Shown here: piece after piece, positions 45,801 through 56,244 of the stretch
Position numbering within the stretch: the stretch's first letter is position 1
How the letters are laid out: each line of letters opens with the position of its first letter
NCBI RefSeq assembly: GCF_009914755.1
Contig: NC_060946.1
Length of the DNA: 64,000 bases
Direction: 5' to 3' (one strand)
Source of the DNA: the human T2T-CHM13v2.0 reference genome, Homo sapiens
Position numbers and translations under genes: made by a program
Notes under the pieces: generated by a model
What the model was told of the DNA's origin: nothing
What the model saw: the letters and a program-made list of their open reading frames with translations, nothing else
The model's database searches: none

Positions 45801-46170
45801 CTGGGGGTGAGCTGCTGGGTGATGGCAGTAAGAACATGTGGTATATTATTGATGAACGTGGGGACTCTGAGGAGTCCTCAGAGGAGGACACGGCAGAGCC
45901 CAATGGCTTCATTGATTGCCCATCACGGTGAGGACAGGGAAATGGGAGCTTGTGGGATTCTGGTGATGACAGAGGTGAGTGTGGTGAAGCCCTAGGGGAT
46001 GGTGAATGGTAGTTCCGGATCCCTGGTGAGGAGCTTCCCCTTAAGCCGGAGTTTCTGAGAGGGGAGAGGGAGAAGCTGGGTGAGGCTCGCATGGACCTTG
46101 GGGTGTCCGTGCTGGGGGACCGTTCATAAGAAGAGCCAGACAAGACCCTACTGTTCTTAGGTGCAGACAT
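42898..46170 (-). CDS. Same protein, 1090-aa allele (copy 7)
   Basis: ORF track; G5/C2 allele. Confidence 0.65.
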   Translation of the reverse strand: MSAPKNSRVLSGSSYERSPSTDTPRSMRASPSFSLSPLRNSGLRGSSSPGIRNYHSPSPRASPHSPLSSPESHKLPFPCPHRDGQSMKPLGSAVSSSEDSSESPRSSIIYHMFLLPSPSSSPPALGGSPVSPSYSPNNPRFQLESAPHTQESPTNSRASRCSTPVSCISSPPGLRDPPVAPSYSPAIPRFLRESAPCTQESPRDSQVSGEYERSPSPDSSRFMPASPSFSLSPPRNSDQRGSSSPGMWKSSTSSRRASPLSHPSSTEFHNFTFPFPNQAGQSLMSLCSPVSSSGDSSQSPHSSIMYHMFLLPSSSSSPPATHDSPVCPSYSSTTPRFQRESVPHTPETPTNSQTSVRSSPVSLTSSPPALTDPPVCPSYSPTTPTFQRGSVPGTLGSPPSPPLSLSYSPVSSTSLSPTLRDSPVCPSYSPSTPTLQRESVAGTQKSPPNSPISLRYSPVSLMSSPSLRDSPVCPSYSPTTPTFQLESVPGTPESPPNSPISLSYSSVSSTSLSPTLRDSPVCPSYSPSTPTLQRESVAGTQKSPPNSPISLRYSPVSLMSSPSLRDSPVCPSYSPTTPTFQQESVPGTPESPPNSPISLSYSSVSSTSLSPTLRDSPVCPSYSPTTPTLQRESVPGTQESPPNSPISLNYSPVSLMSSPVLRDSPVCPSYSPTTPTFQLESVPGTPESPPNSPVSLSYSPVSLMSSPPALRDSPVCPSYSPTMPRFQRGSVPGTQVSPTNSAISLSYSPVSLTSSPPAPWDSPVCPTYSPTTPRFQRESASHTPESPTDSQTSLRSSLVCLRSLPSAHRDSCVSFSYSQNFSRFQLESVPGTHDTPPNSRISLTYSPVSLMFSPPALRDSSVSLSYSPTISRFHLESASRTQESPTNSRTLLQPSPISFTSSPPAFRDSPGSPSFSPAFPRFLPQSAPGTQDNPRHSQASRDYLPMTCTYTGMAPTHPSVTPNPSPLTLRHSQGLTATPRYRPSVRSPGQSTSPHDAVTWPFLHGSREGPTPRRTRTPPAFRPHTQVCPSTCYCHTLASRRGPCNGRYHHPVYPHPTAVQREPPAGPRGCHSPCWHDAPAGRRPCGPHYR

Positions 46171-49100
46171 GATTAGGAAACCTGCAGCTCCCAGGGGCCC
46201 CCACTAATGTTCTAACTCGCAGAAGGAAGGAGTGTGTGTGCGTGTGTGCGTGTGCGTGTGTGTGTGTGTGTTTGTGTGTGTGCGGTGTGAGGTATGGGCC
46301 CCTTAAGGAAATGGAAATCAACCAACCAATGGGACAGACAGACAGACAGACAGACAGAGATTCACTTGCCCAAGTGTTCTGTCCTGTCCTCTGAATCCGC
46401 TTTCAAGTCGCAAGACGCTGTGAGCTCCAAGTCCACGCAGAGTCCGCCAAACGCTCCGGCCGCTGATCCGCTCCGCGAAGATCTGAGTACAGGCCAGCCA
46501 GGGTGGGTTTAAATAGCCTCGGGCGCAGCCTAGCAGCGGAAAGGGCGGAGCTTCACTCCTCCTTTCCATCAGTCACCCCCAACTTTCCCAGGCTACACCT
46601 CGTAGGAAACTGTTCTCCTGCTTTGATTTCATGCGCCACCTTTGGGACAATCTAAGAACTTACAGGTTTTCTTGGCCAGATTTATTAGGAATTGTATGCA
46701 CTGAAACACTGAAAACCAACTAGTGGTTCTGTGCTTCCCACGTTGTGGTTTTGACACCAGCAGCATCCTTGCCACAATCAAACCCCGGAGATCCGCAGAT
46801 CTGTGTTGTAACAAGACCTCCCCCTGACCCTGAAGCATGGCAGTTGAAGAAGTCTTTCCGTGTAAGCGAAAAGACTTTGAAGAAAAGGTGGAGATATGCG
46901 TTGTATAAACATTCTTTGGCTCTGGAACCACGTAGAGACTTGGGAGCCAGTTGGGTGGAGCATTCGTTGGATGAGGGTGCTCGGGTTAGGAATATCAAGG
47001 TGTTTCTCCAGATAATCCAATCATCTAATTAAGATTCCAGTTATGCTCATCTGTTTTAAAATTCCGTTTGGGTAAATTCTTTTAGTCAGACTGAGAATGG
47101 CAAAGCCTCAAGCCCAATTTCCAGGGAGGGTGGAGAGCCTCAGGTGGAGTTGATCACCAATAGCCTATGGTTTAACCCATCATGCCTATAGAATGAGGTC
47201 TCCATCAAAACCCAAAAGGACTGGGTTCAGAGAGCTTCTGGATAACACTTCCTGGAAGGTAGTGCACCCCTCCCCGCATGCCGGGCCCCACATTTATTTC
47301 TGAACCTTGTGCAATGTCCGCTAAAATACAACGGCAAATGTAAGTGTTTCCCTGCGTGCTGTGAGCTCTTCCAGCAAATGAATGCAACTAAATCTGGGAG
47401 TGGTGGCAACCTGATTTATAGCCAGTTGCTGAGAAGCACAGGTAAAACAACGTAGGGCTTCCCATTGTTATTGGTGTGGGAGGCCTGTCTGGCGGGACTC
47501 GGCCCTTTGGAATCTAATGCTATGTCCCGGTAGATAGCGTCACCATTGAATTAGAAGACACACATATGTGGAGAATAATCTTTCTGGTCATTTACTGCAT
47601 GTCATATTTACAATATGTAATCAAATTCTTTATCCTGACCTTATGGCACCTGGGTTTAGGACCATGATTTGAACCAAACGTTGGTCTGTCACTTTCTGAG
47701 TTTGAAACTTTATTTTGCCTTTAGCGTTTTGCTATTGCTTTTTCGTTTTCTTTTGTTTCGTTTCGTTTCTAAGTTCTGGGGTATATGTGCAGGATGTGCA
47801 GATTTGTTACTAAGGTAAACGTGTGCCATGGTGGTTTGCTGCACCTGTCAACCCGTCACCTAGGTATTAAGCCCAGCATGCAGTAGCTGTTTTTCTTAAC
47901 GCTCTGCCTCCCGAAAGGCCCCAGGGTGTGTTGTTCCCCTTCCTGTGTCCATGGGATCTCACTTTTCAGCTCCCATTATAAGTGAGAAGGTGGCGTTTGG
48001 TTTTCTTTCCCTGGATTAGTTTGCTGACGATAATGACCACACATCACCACTGTTTTTGTTTTTTAGTATAAAGAGTAGTATTTTATTGAATAAGATTTGC
48101 TCACAGAAAAATAAGCTTAAATCTACAATGAATGCCAGACCCTACAGCAGAAAGCAATTTTCTCACTTTTCCACACACAATGGTTCCTACTAAGTGAAAA
48201 AAAAGCCATAAAATTTCATTCACAAATGTACTACTCTGTCTCAAAACATCTCACGTAATCATGCACTGTACTAAAGCCATCAGATCAGTTCTTCAGTCAG
48301 GTTAAAGAAGTATCCCTCTAATAACTGACTTTTATAATGCTATCAATATCCACTCCCAATCAGTCTGCCATTGTTAATGGTGTACAGCATTACTGAATAC
48401 AACGGAATTGATGACGCCCATATCCACAGACAAACCGTGACTTATGATGGTTTGATTTATGATTTTTCAACGTTATGATGGGTTTATTGGAATATTAGAT
48501 TCGTTTCTGAGTTACACTGGGTTTATGAGTATGCGACCCTACACTCCAGAAACAACTGTATAAGGAAAAACAGGTGTACCTAATAAAAATATGCTTAGTG
48601 ACTTGGGATAAACCAATAGATGTTCACAAGTGATGGAGAGCCGTGAAAGAGAGATAGCGGTAAATAGTTACAATAACACAATTTTCCTGCACCTGTCGAG
48701 GATTTCCCCCAAAAAACGCAGAATGTGGGATGCACCTAAGGCATATGAAAGAGAGAGGGCAGAAGGAGTAAGAGAGAAATAGGAGGAAGGAAGGAAGGAA
48801 GCAAGGAAGAAAGGAAGGAAGGAAAGAAGGAAGGAAGGACGGAAGGAAGGAAGGAAGGAAGGAAGGAAGGAAAGAAGGATGAAAGGAAGGAGAAAACACC
48901 GGTGTTACTAAAACCCCCCAAAAAATGGTTTCCCCCTGTGGGTAAGCCTACAATGTGGATGAATCTTGAAAATATTGTGCTACGTGTTATGTCAGTCATA
49001 GCAGCTCACCTATTGTGCAATTCCGTTTATAGGAAATGTCCACAATATGGAAATCTATGCATATGGGATTGATCGCACTAGGTAGTTGCTACCTAGGGCT

Positions 49101-49488
49101 GAGGGTCAGGGAGAGGGTTTGAGACAGAATGAGGAGTGACTAATGTCTACAGGGTCTTTCTCTGGTCGGGGGTGATAAGACGTTTTACAATGGATTGCGA
49201 ATTAAAATTGAATGTGCACAACCACAGGTATACTAAAAGCCACTCAATTCATGACCTTTAATGGGGGAATCTTACGTGGCGTAGTCTCATGGAGACCACG
49301 GCAGACATAGTGAGAGAGAAAAAGGTGAGTAAATATCTGAAACGGAGGCAGAAACAGAGAGAATGAAAAGCCCTGTGAATGGAAGGGAGAGCGAAAAGGG
49401 AAAATGGTCCTATTTACAAATGACAGATGTGAAACTGGGGTTCACATCAACAGTGTCACTGCCAGGAAGGAGGGTCATGCTAGCCATG

Positions 49489-52400
49489 TCACCGGTAGTG
49501 TGGCCCGCAGGGACGCCGACCTGCTGGAGCGTCGTGCCAGCATGGGCTGTGGCAACCACGTGGGCCAGCAGGAGGTTCCCGCTGCACAGCTGTGGGGTGA
49601 GGATAGACTGGGTGGTGATATCGGCCATTACAGGGGCCTCTTCTGCTGGCAAGAGTGTGACAGTAGCAAGTAGATGGACAGGCCTGCGTGTGAGGACGGA
49701 ATGCAGGAGGGGTTCTTGTGCGCCTGGGTGTGGGGCCCTCACGGGAACCGTGGAGAAATGGCCAGGTAACTGCGTCATGTGGGCTAGTAGATTGGCCAGG
49801 GCTTCGAACTGAAGGACGATAACGGGGAGTAGCTGTCAGGCCCTGGGAGTGCCTGAGTGTAAGTGGAGATGGGTTTGGGGTCACTGAGGGATGCGTGGGA
49901 GCCATCCCTGTATAGGTACAGGTCATAGGGAGATAGTCTCGTGAGGCCTGTGAGTGTCTAGGGTTGTCCTGGGTGCCTGGGGCTGACTGTGGCAGAAATC
50001 TGGGGAAGGCTGGAGAGAAGCTGGGAGACCCAGGAGAGTCCCTGAAGGCAGGGGGTGAAGAGGTGAAAGAAATGGGGGAGGGTTGCAGTAAGGTCCGTGA
50101 GTTTGTAGGTGATTCCTGGGTGCGGGAAGCTGACTCCAGGTGAAATCTGGAGATGGTTGGAGAGTAGCTGAGAGAGACAGAAGAGTCCCTGAGGGCTGGG
50201 GGTGAGAACATGAGGGAGACGGGGGAGTAAGTCAGTGAAATTCGTGAGTTCGGTGGTGTATCGTGGGTGCCTGGAACTGACTCCAGCTGGAATCTAGAGA
50301 AGTTTTGAGAGTAGCTGAAGGAGACACAAGAGTCCCTGTGGGCTGAGGGCAAAGACCTGAGACAGACCAGGGAGGACCTCAGTGAAGTCTGTGAGTCTGT
50401 AGGTGATTCCGGAGTGTGGGAGGCTGACTCCCGCTGAAATCTGGGCGTGGTGGGAGAGTAGGTGGGACAGACAGGAGAGTCCCAGGGGGCTGGGGGTGAC
50501 GACGTGAGAGAGACTGGGGAGTAACTCAGTGAAATTGCTGAGTTGGTTGGTGATACCTGGGTGCCTGGAACTGACCCCCGCTGAAATCTGGGCATGGTTG
50601 GAGAGTAGCTGGGACACACAGGAGAGTCCCTGAGGGCTGGGGGTGAAGACATGAGCGAGACCGGGGAGTAACTGAGTGAAACTGGTGAGTTTGGTGGTGA
50701 CTCCGGGGTGCCTGGAACTGACTCCAGCTGAAATGTGGGCGTGGTTGGAGAGTAGCTGGGACAGACAGGAGAGTCCCTGAGGACTGGTGAAGACATGAGA
50801 GAGACTGGGGAGTAACGCAGTGAAATTGGTGAGTTTGGTGGTGATTCCTGGGTGCCTGGAACTGACTCCCGCTGAAGTGTGGGCGTGGTTGGAGAGTAGC
50901 TGGGACACACAGGAGAGTCCCTGAGGGTTGGAGATAAAGACGTGCTAGAGACTGAGGAGTAACTGAGTGAAATTGGTGAGTTTGGTGGTGATTCCGGGGT
51001 GCCTGGAACGGACTCCTGCTGAAATGTGGGCGTGGTTGGAGAGTAGCTGGGACAGACGGGAGAGTCCCTGAGGGATGGTGAAGACATGAGAGAGACTGGG
51101 GAGTAACGCAGTGAAATTGGTGAGTTTGGTGGTGATTTCTGGGTGCCTGCAATGGACTCCCGCTGAAGTGTGGGCGTGCTTGGAGAGTAGCTGGGACAGA
51201 CAGGAGAGTCCCTGAGGGTTGGAGATAAAGACGTGCTAGAGACTGAGGAGTAACTGAGTGAAATTGGTGAGTTTGGTGGTGATTCCGGGGTGCCTGGAAC
51301 GGACTCCAGCTGAAATGTGGGCGTGGTTGGAGAGTAGCTGGGACAGACGGGAGAGTCCCTGAGGGATGGTGAAGACATGAGAGAGACTGGGGAGTAACGC
51401 AGTGAAATTGGTGAGTTTGGTGGTGATTTCTGGGTGCCTGCAACGGACTCCCGCTGAAGTGTGGGCGTGCTTGGAGAGTAGCTGGGACAGACAGGCGAGT
51501 CCCTGAGGGTTGGAGATAAAGACGTGCTGGAGACTGGGGAGTAACTCAGTGAAAGTGGTGGGCTTGGTGGTGATCCCAGGGTTCCTGGAACTGACCCGCG
51601 CTGAAATGTGGGCGTGGTTGGAGAGTAGCTGGGACAGACTGGAGGGTCCGTAAGGGCTGGGGGTGAAGACGTGAGAGAGACTGGCGAGGATCTCACTGAG
51701 GTCTGTGAGTTTGTAGGTGTTTCTGGGGTGTGGGGTACAGACTCCCGCTGAAATCTGGGCGTAGTTGGAGAGTAGCTGGGACAGACAGGAGAGTCATGGG
51801 TGGCTGGGGGTGAGCTGCTGGATGATGGCAGTAAGAACATATGGTACATTATTGATGAATGAGGTGACTGTGAAGAATCTCCAGAGGAGGACACGGGAGA
51901 ACACAATGACATGAGTGACTGTCCTGCTTGGTTAGGAAAGGGAAACGTAAAGTTGTGGAATTCTGTTGATGATGGATGTGAGAGTGGTGAAGCCCTGCGG
52001 GATGATGTAGAGGACTTCCACATCCCTGGTGAGGAGCTGCCCCTTGGGTCTGAGTTTCTGGGAGGGGAGAGGGAGAAGCTGGGTGAGGCAGGCATGAATC
52101 TTGAGGAGTCAGGGCTGGGGGACCGCTCATATTCTCCCGAGACCTGTGAGTCTCTGGGGGACTCCTGGGTGCATGGGGCTGACTCCCGCAGGAACCTGGG
52201 GATGGCTGGAGAGTAACTGGGAGCCACAGGAGGGTCCCTGAGGCCTGGGGGTGAAGAGATGCAAGACACAGGGGTGGAGCAGCGTGAGGCTCGTGAGTTT
52301 GTAGGTGATTCCTGGGTGTGGGGGGCTGACTCCAGCTGAAATCTGGGGTTGTTTGGAGAGTAGCTGGGAGACACAGGAGAACCCCCGAGAGCTGGGGGTG

Positions 52401-52761
52401 AGCTGCTGGGTGATGGCAGTAAGAACATGTGGTATATTATTGATGAACGTGGGGACTCTGAGGAGTCCTCAGAGGAGGACACGGCAGAGCCCAATGGCTT
52501 CATTGATTGCCCATCACGGTGAGGACAGGGAAATGGGAGCTTGTGGGATTCTGGTGATGACAGAGGTGAGTGTGGTGAAGCCCTAGGGGATGGTGAATGG
52601 TAGTTCCGGATCCCTGGTGAGGAGCTTCCCCTTAAGCCGGAGTTTCTGAGAGGGGAGAGGGAGAAGCTGGGTGAGGCTCGCATGGACCTTGGGGTGTCCG
52701 TGCTGGGGGACCGTTCATAAGAAGAGCCAGACAAGACCCTACTGTTCTTAGGTGCAGACAT
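49489..52761 (-). CDS. Same protein, 1090-aa allele (copy 8)
   Basis: ORF track; G5/C2 allele. Confidence 0.65.
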   Translation of the reverse strand: MSAPKNSRVLSGSSYERSPSTDTPRSMRASPSFSLSPLRNSGLRGSSSPGIRNYHSPSPRASPHSPLSSPESHKLPFPCPHRDGQSMKPLGSAVSSSEDSSESPRSSIIYHMFLLPSPSSSPPALGGSPVSPSYSPNNPRFQLESAPHTQESPTNSRASRCSTPVSCISSPPGLRDPPVAPSYSPAIPRFLRESAPCTQESPRDSQVSGEYERSPSPDSSRFMPASPSFSLSPPRNSDPRGSSSPGMWKSSTSSRRASPLSHPSSTEFHNFTFPFPNQAGQSLMSLCSPVSSSGDSSQSPHSSIMYHMFLLPSSSSSPPATHDSPVCPSYSPTTPRFQRESVPHTPETPTNSQTSVRSSPVSLTSSPPALTDPPVCPSYSPTTPTFQRGSVPGTLGSPPSPPLSLSYSPVSSTSLSPTLRDSPVCPSYSPSTPTLQRESVAGTQKSPPNSPISLRYSPVSLMSSPSLRDSPVCPSYSPTTPTFQLESVPGTPESPPNSPISLSYSSVSSTSLSPTLRDSPVCPSYSPSTPTLQRESIAGTQKSPPNSPISLRYSPVSLMSSPSLRDSPVCPSYSPTTPTFQQESVPGTPESPPNSPISLSYSSVSSTSLSPTLRDSPVCPSYSPTTPTLQRESVPGTQESPPNSPISLRYSPVSLMSSPVLRDSPVCPSYSPTTPTFQLESVPGTPESPPNSPVSLSYSPVSLMSSPPALRDSPVCPSYSPTMPRFQRGSVPGTQVSPTNSAISLSYSPVSLTSSPPAPWDSPVCPTYSPTTPRFQRESASHTPESPTDSQTSLRSSLVCLRSLPSAHRDSCVSFSYSQNFSRFQLESVPGTHDTPPNSRISLTYSPVSLMFSPPALRDSSVSLSYSPTISRFHLESASRTQESPTNSRTLLQPSPISFTSSPPAFRDSPGSPSFSPAFPRFLPQSAPGTQDNPRHSQASRDYLPMTCTYTGMAPTHPSVTPNPSPLTLRHSQGLTATPRYRPSVRSPGQSTSPHDAVTWPFLHGSREGPTPRRTRTPPAFRPHTQACPSTCYCHTLASRRGPCNGRYHHPVYPHPTAVQREPPAGPRGCHSPCWHDAPAGRRPCGPHYR

Positions 52762-55700
52762 GATTAGGAAACCTGCAGCTCCCAGGGGCCCCCACTAATG
52801 TTCTAACTCGCAGAAGGAAGGAGTGTGTGTGCGTGTGTGCGTGTGCGTGTGTGTGTGTGTGTGTTTGTGTGTGTGCGGTGTGAGGTATGGGCCCCTTAAG
52901 GAAATGGAAATCAACCAACCAATGGGACAGACAGACAGACAGACAGACAGAGATTCACTTGCCCAAGTGTTCTGTCCTGTCCTCTGAATCCGCTTTCAAG
53001 TCGCAAGACGCTGTGAGCTCCAAGTCCACGCAGAGTCCGCCAAACGCTCCGGCCGCTGATCCGCTCCGCGAAGATCTGAGTACAGGCCAGCCAGGGTGGG
53101 TTTACATAGCCTCGGGCGCAGCCTAGCAGCGGAAAGGGCGGAGCTTCACTCCTCCTTTCCATCAGTCACCCCCAACTTTCCCAGGCTACACCTCGTAGGA
53201 AACTGTTCTCCTGCTTTGATTTCATGCGCCACCTTTGGGACAATCTAAGAACTTACAGGTTTTCTTGGCCAGATTTATTAGGAATTGTATGCACTGAAAC
53301 ACTGAAAACCAACTAGTGGTTCTGTGCTTCCCACGTTGTGGTTTTGACACCAGCAGCATCCTTGCCACAATCAAACCCCGGAGATCCGCAGATCTGTGTT
53401 GTAACAAGACCTCCCCCTGACCCTGATGCATGGCAGTTGAAGAAGTCTTTCCGTGTAAGCGAAAAGACTTTGAAGAAAAGGTGGAGATATGCGTAGTATA
53501 AACATTCTTTGGCTCTGGAACCACGTAGAGACTTGGGAGACAGTTGCGTGGAGCATTCGTTGGATGAGGGTTCTCGGGTTTGGAATATCAAGGTGTTTCT
53601 CCAGATAATCCAATCATCTAATTAAGATTCCAGTTATGCTCATCTGTTTTAAAATTCCGTTTGGGTAAATTCTTTTAGTCAGACTGAGAATGGCAAAGCC
53701 TCAACCCCAATTTCCAGGGAGGGTGGAGAGCCTCAGGTGGAGTTGATCACCAATAGCCTATGGTTTAACCCATCATGCCTATAGAATGAGGTCTCCATCA
53801 AAACCCAAAAGGACTGGGTTCAGAGAGCTTCTGGATAACACTTCCTGGAAGGTAGTGCACCCCTCCCCGCATGCCGGGCCCCACATTTATTTCTGAACTT
53901 TGTGCAATGTCCGCTAAAATACAACGGCAAATGTAAGTGTTTCCCTGCGTGCTGTGAGCTCTTCCAGCAAATGAATGCAACTAAATCTGGGAGTGGTGGC
54001 AACCTGATTTATAGCCAGTTGCTGAGAAGCACAGGTAAAACAACGTAGGGCTTCCCATTGTTATTGGTGTGGGAGGCCTGTCTGGCGGGACTCGGCCCTT
54101 TGGAATCTAATGCTATGTCCCGGTAGGTAGCGTCACCATTGAATTAGAAGACACACATATGTGGAGAATAATCTTTCTGGTCATTTACTGCATGTCATAT
54201 TTACAATATGTAATCAAATTCTTTATCCTGACCTTATGGCACCTGGGTTTAGGACCATGATTTGAACCAAACGTTGGTCTGTCACTTTCTGAGTTTGAAA
54301 CTTTATTTTGCCTTTAGCGTTTTGCTATTGCTTTTTCGTTTTCTTTTGTTTCGTTTCGTTTCTAAGTTCTGGGGTATATGTGCAGGATGTGCAGATTTGT
54401 TACTAAGGTAAACGTGTGCCATGGTGGTTTGCTGCACCTGTCAACCCGTCACCTAGGTATTAAGCCCAGCATGCAGTAGCTGTTTTTCTTAACGCTCTGC
54501 CTCCCGAAAGGCCCCAGTGTGTGTTGTTCCCCTTCCTGTGTCCATGGGATCTCACTTTTCAGCTCCCATTATAAGTGAGAAGGTGGCGTTTGGTTTTCTT
54601 TCCCTGGATTAGTTTGCTGACGATAATGACCACACATCACCACTGTTTTTGTTTTTTAGTATAAAGAGTAGTATTTTATTGAATAAGATTTGCTCACAGA
54701 AAAATAAGCTTAAATCTACAATGAATGCCAGACCCTACAGCAGAAAGCAATTTTCTCACTTTTCCACACACAATGGTTCCTACTAAGTGAAAAAAAAGCC
54801 ATAAAATTTCATTCACAAATGTACTACTCTGTCTCAAAACATCTCACGTAATCATGCACTGTACTAAAGCCATCAGATCAGTTCTTCAGTCAGGTTAAAG
54901 AAGTATCCCTCTAATAACTGACTTTTATAATGCTATCAATATCCACTCCCAATCAGTCTGCCATTGTTAATGGTGTACAGCATTACTGAATACAACGGAA
55001 TTGATGACGCCCATATCCACAGACAAACCGTGACTTATGATGGTTTGACTTATGATTTTTCAACGTTATGATGGGTTTATTGGAATATTAGATTCGTTTC
55101 TGAGTTACACTGGGTTTATGAGTATGCGACCCTACACTCCAGAAACAGCTGTATAAGGAAAAACAGGAGTACCTAATAAAAATATGCTTAGTGACTTGGG
55201 ATAAACCAATAGATGTTCACAAGTGATGGAGAGTCGTGAAAGAGAGATAGCGGTAAATAGTTACAATAACACAATTTTCCTGCACCTGTCGAGGATTTCC
55301 CCCAAAAAACGCAGAATGTGGGATGCACCTAAGGCATATGAAAGAGAGAGGGCAGAAGGAGTAAGAGAGAAATAGGAGGAAGGAAGGAAGGAAGCAAGCA
55401 AGGAAGAAAGGAAGGAAGGAAAGAAGGAAGGAAGGACGGAAGGAAGGAAGGAAGGAAGGAAGGAAGGAAGGAAGGAAGGAAGGAAGGAAAGAAGGATGAA
55501 AGGAAGGAGAAAACACCGGTGTTACTAAAACCCCCCAAAAAATGGTTTCCCCCTGTGGGTAAGCCTACAATGTGGATGAATCTTGAAAATATTGTTCTAC
55601 GTGTTATGTCAGTCATAGCAGCTCACCTATTGTGCAATTCCGTTTATAGGAAATGTCCACAATATGGAAATCTATGCATATGGGATTGATCGCACTAGGT

Positions 55701-56244
55701 AGTTGCTACCTAGGTCTGAGGGTCAGGGAGAGGGTTTGAGACAGAATGAGGAGTGACTAATGTCTACAGGGTCTTTCTCTGGTCGGGGGTGATAAGACGT
55801 TTTACAATGGATTGCGAATTAAAATTGAATGTGCACAACCACAGGTATACTAAAAGCCACTCAATTCATGACCTTTAATAGGGGAATCTTACGTGGCGTA
55901 GTCTCATGGAGACCACGGCAGACATAGTGAGAGAGAAAAAGGTGAGTAAATATCTGAAACGGAGGCAGAAACAGAGAGAATGAAAAGCCCTGTGAATGGA
56001 AGGGAGAGCGAAAAGGGAAAATGGTCCTATTTACAAATGACAGATGTGAAACTGGGGTTCACATCAACAGTGTCACTGCCAGGAAGGAGGGTCATGCTAG
56101 CCATGTCACCGGTAGTGTGGCCCGCAGGGACGCTGACCTGCTGGAGCGTCGTGCCAGCATGGGCTGTGGCAACCACGTGGGCCAGCAGGAGGTTCCCGCT
56201 GCACAGCTGTGGGGTGAGGATAGACTGGGTGGTGATATCGGCCA

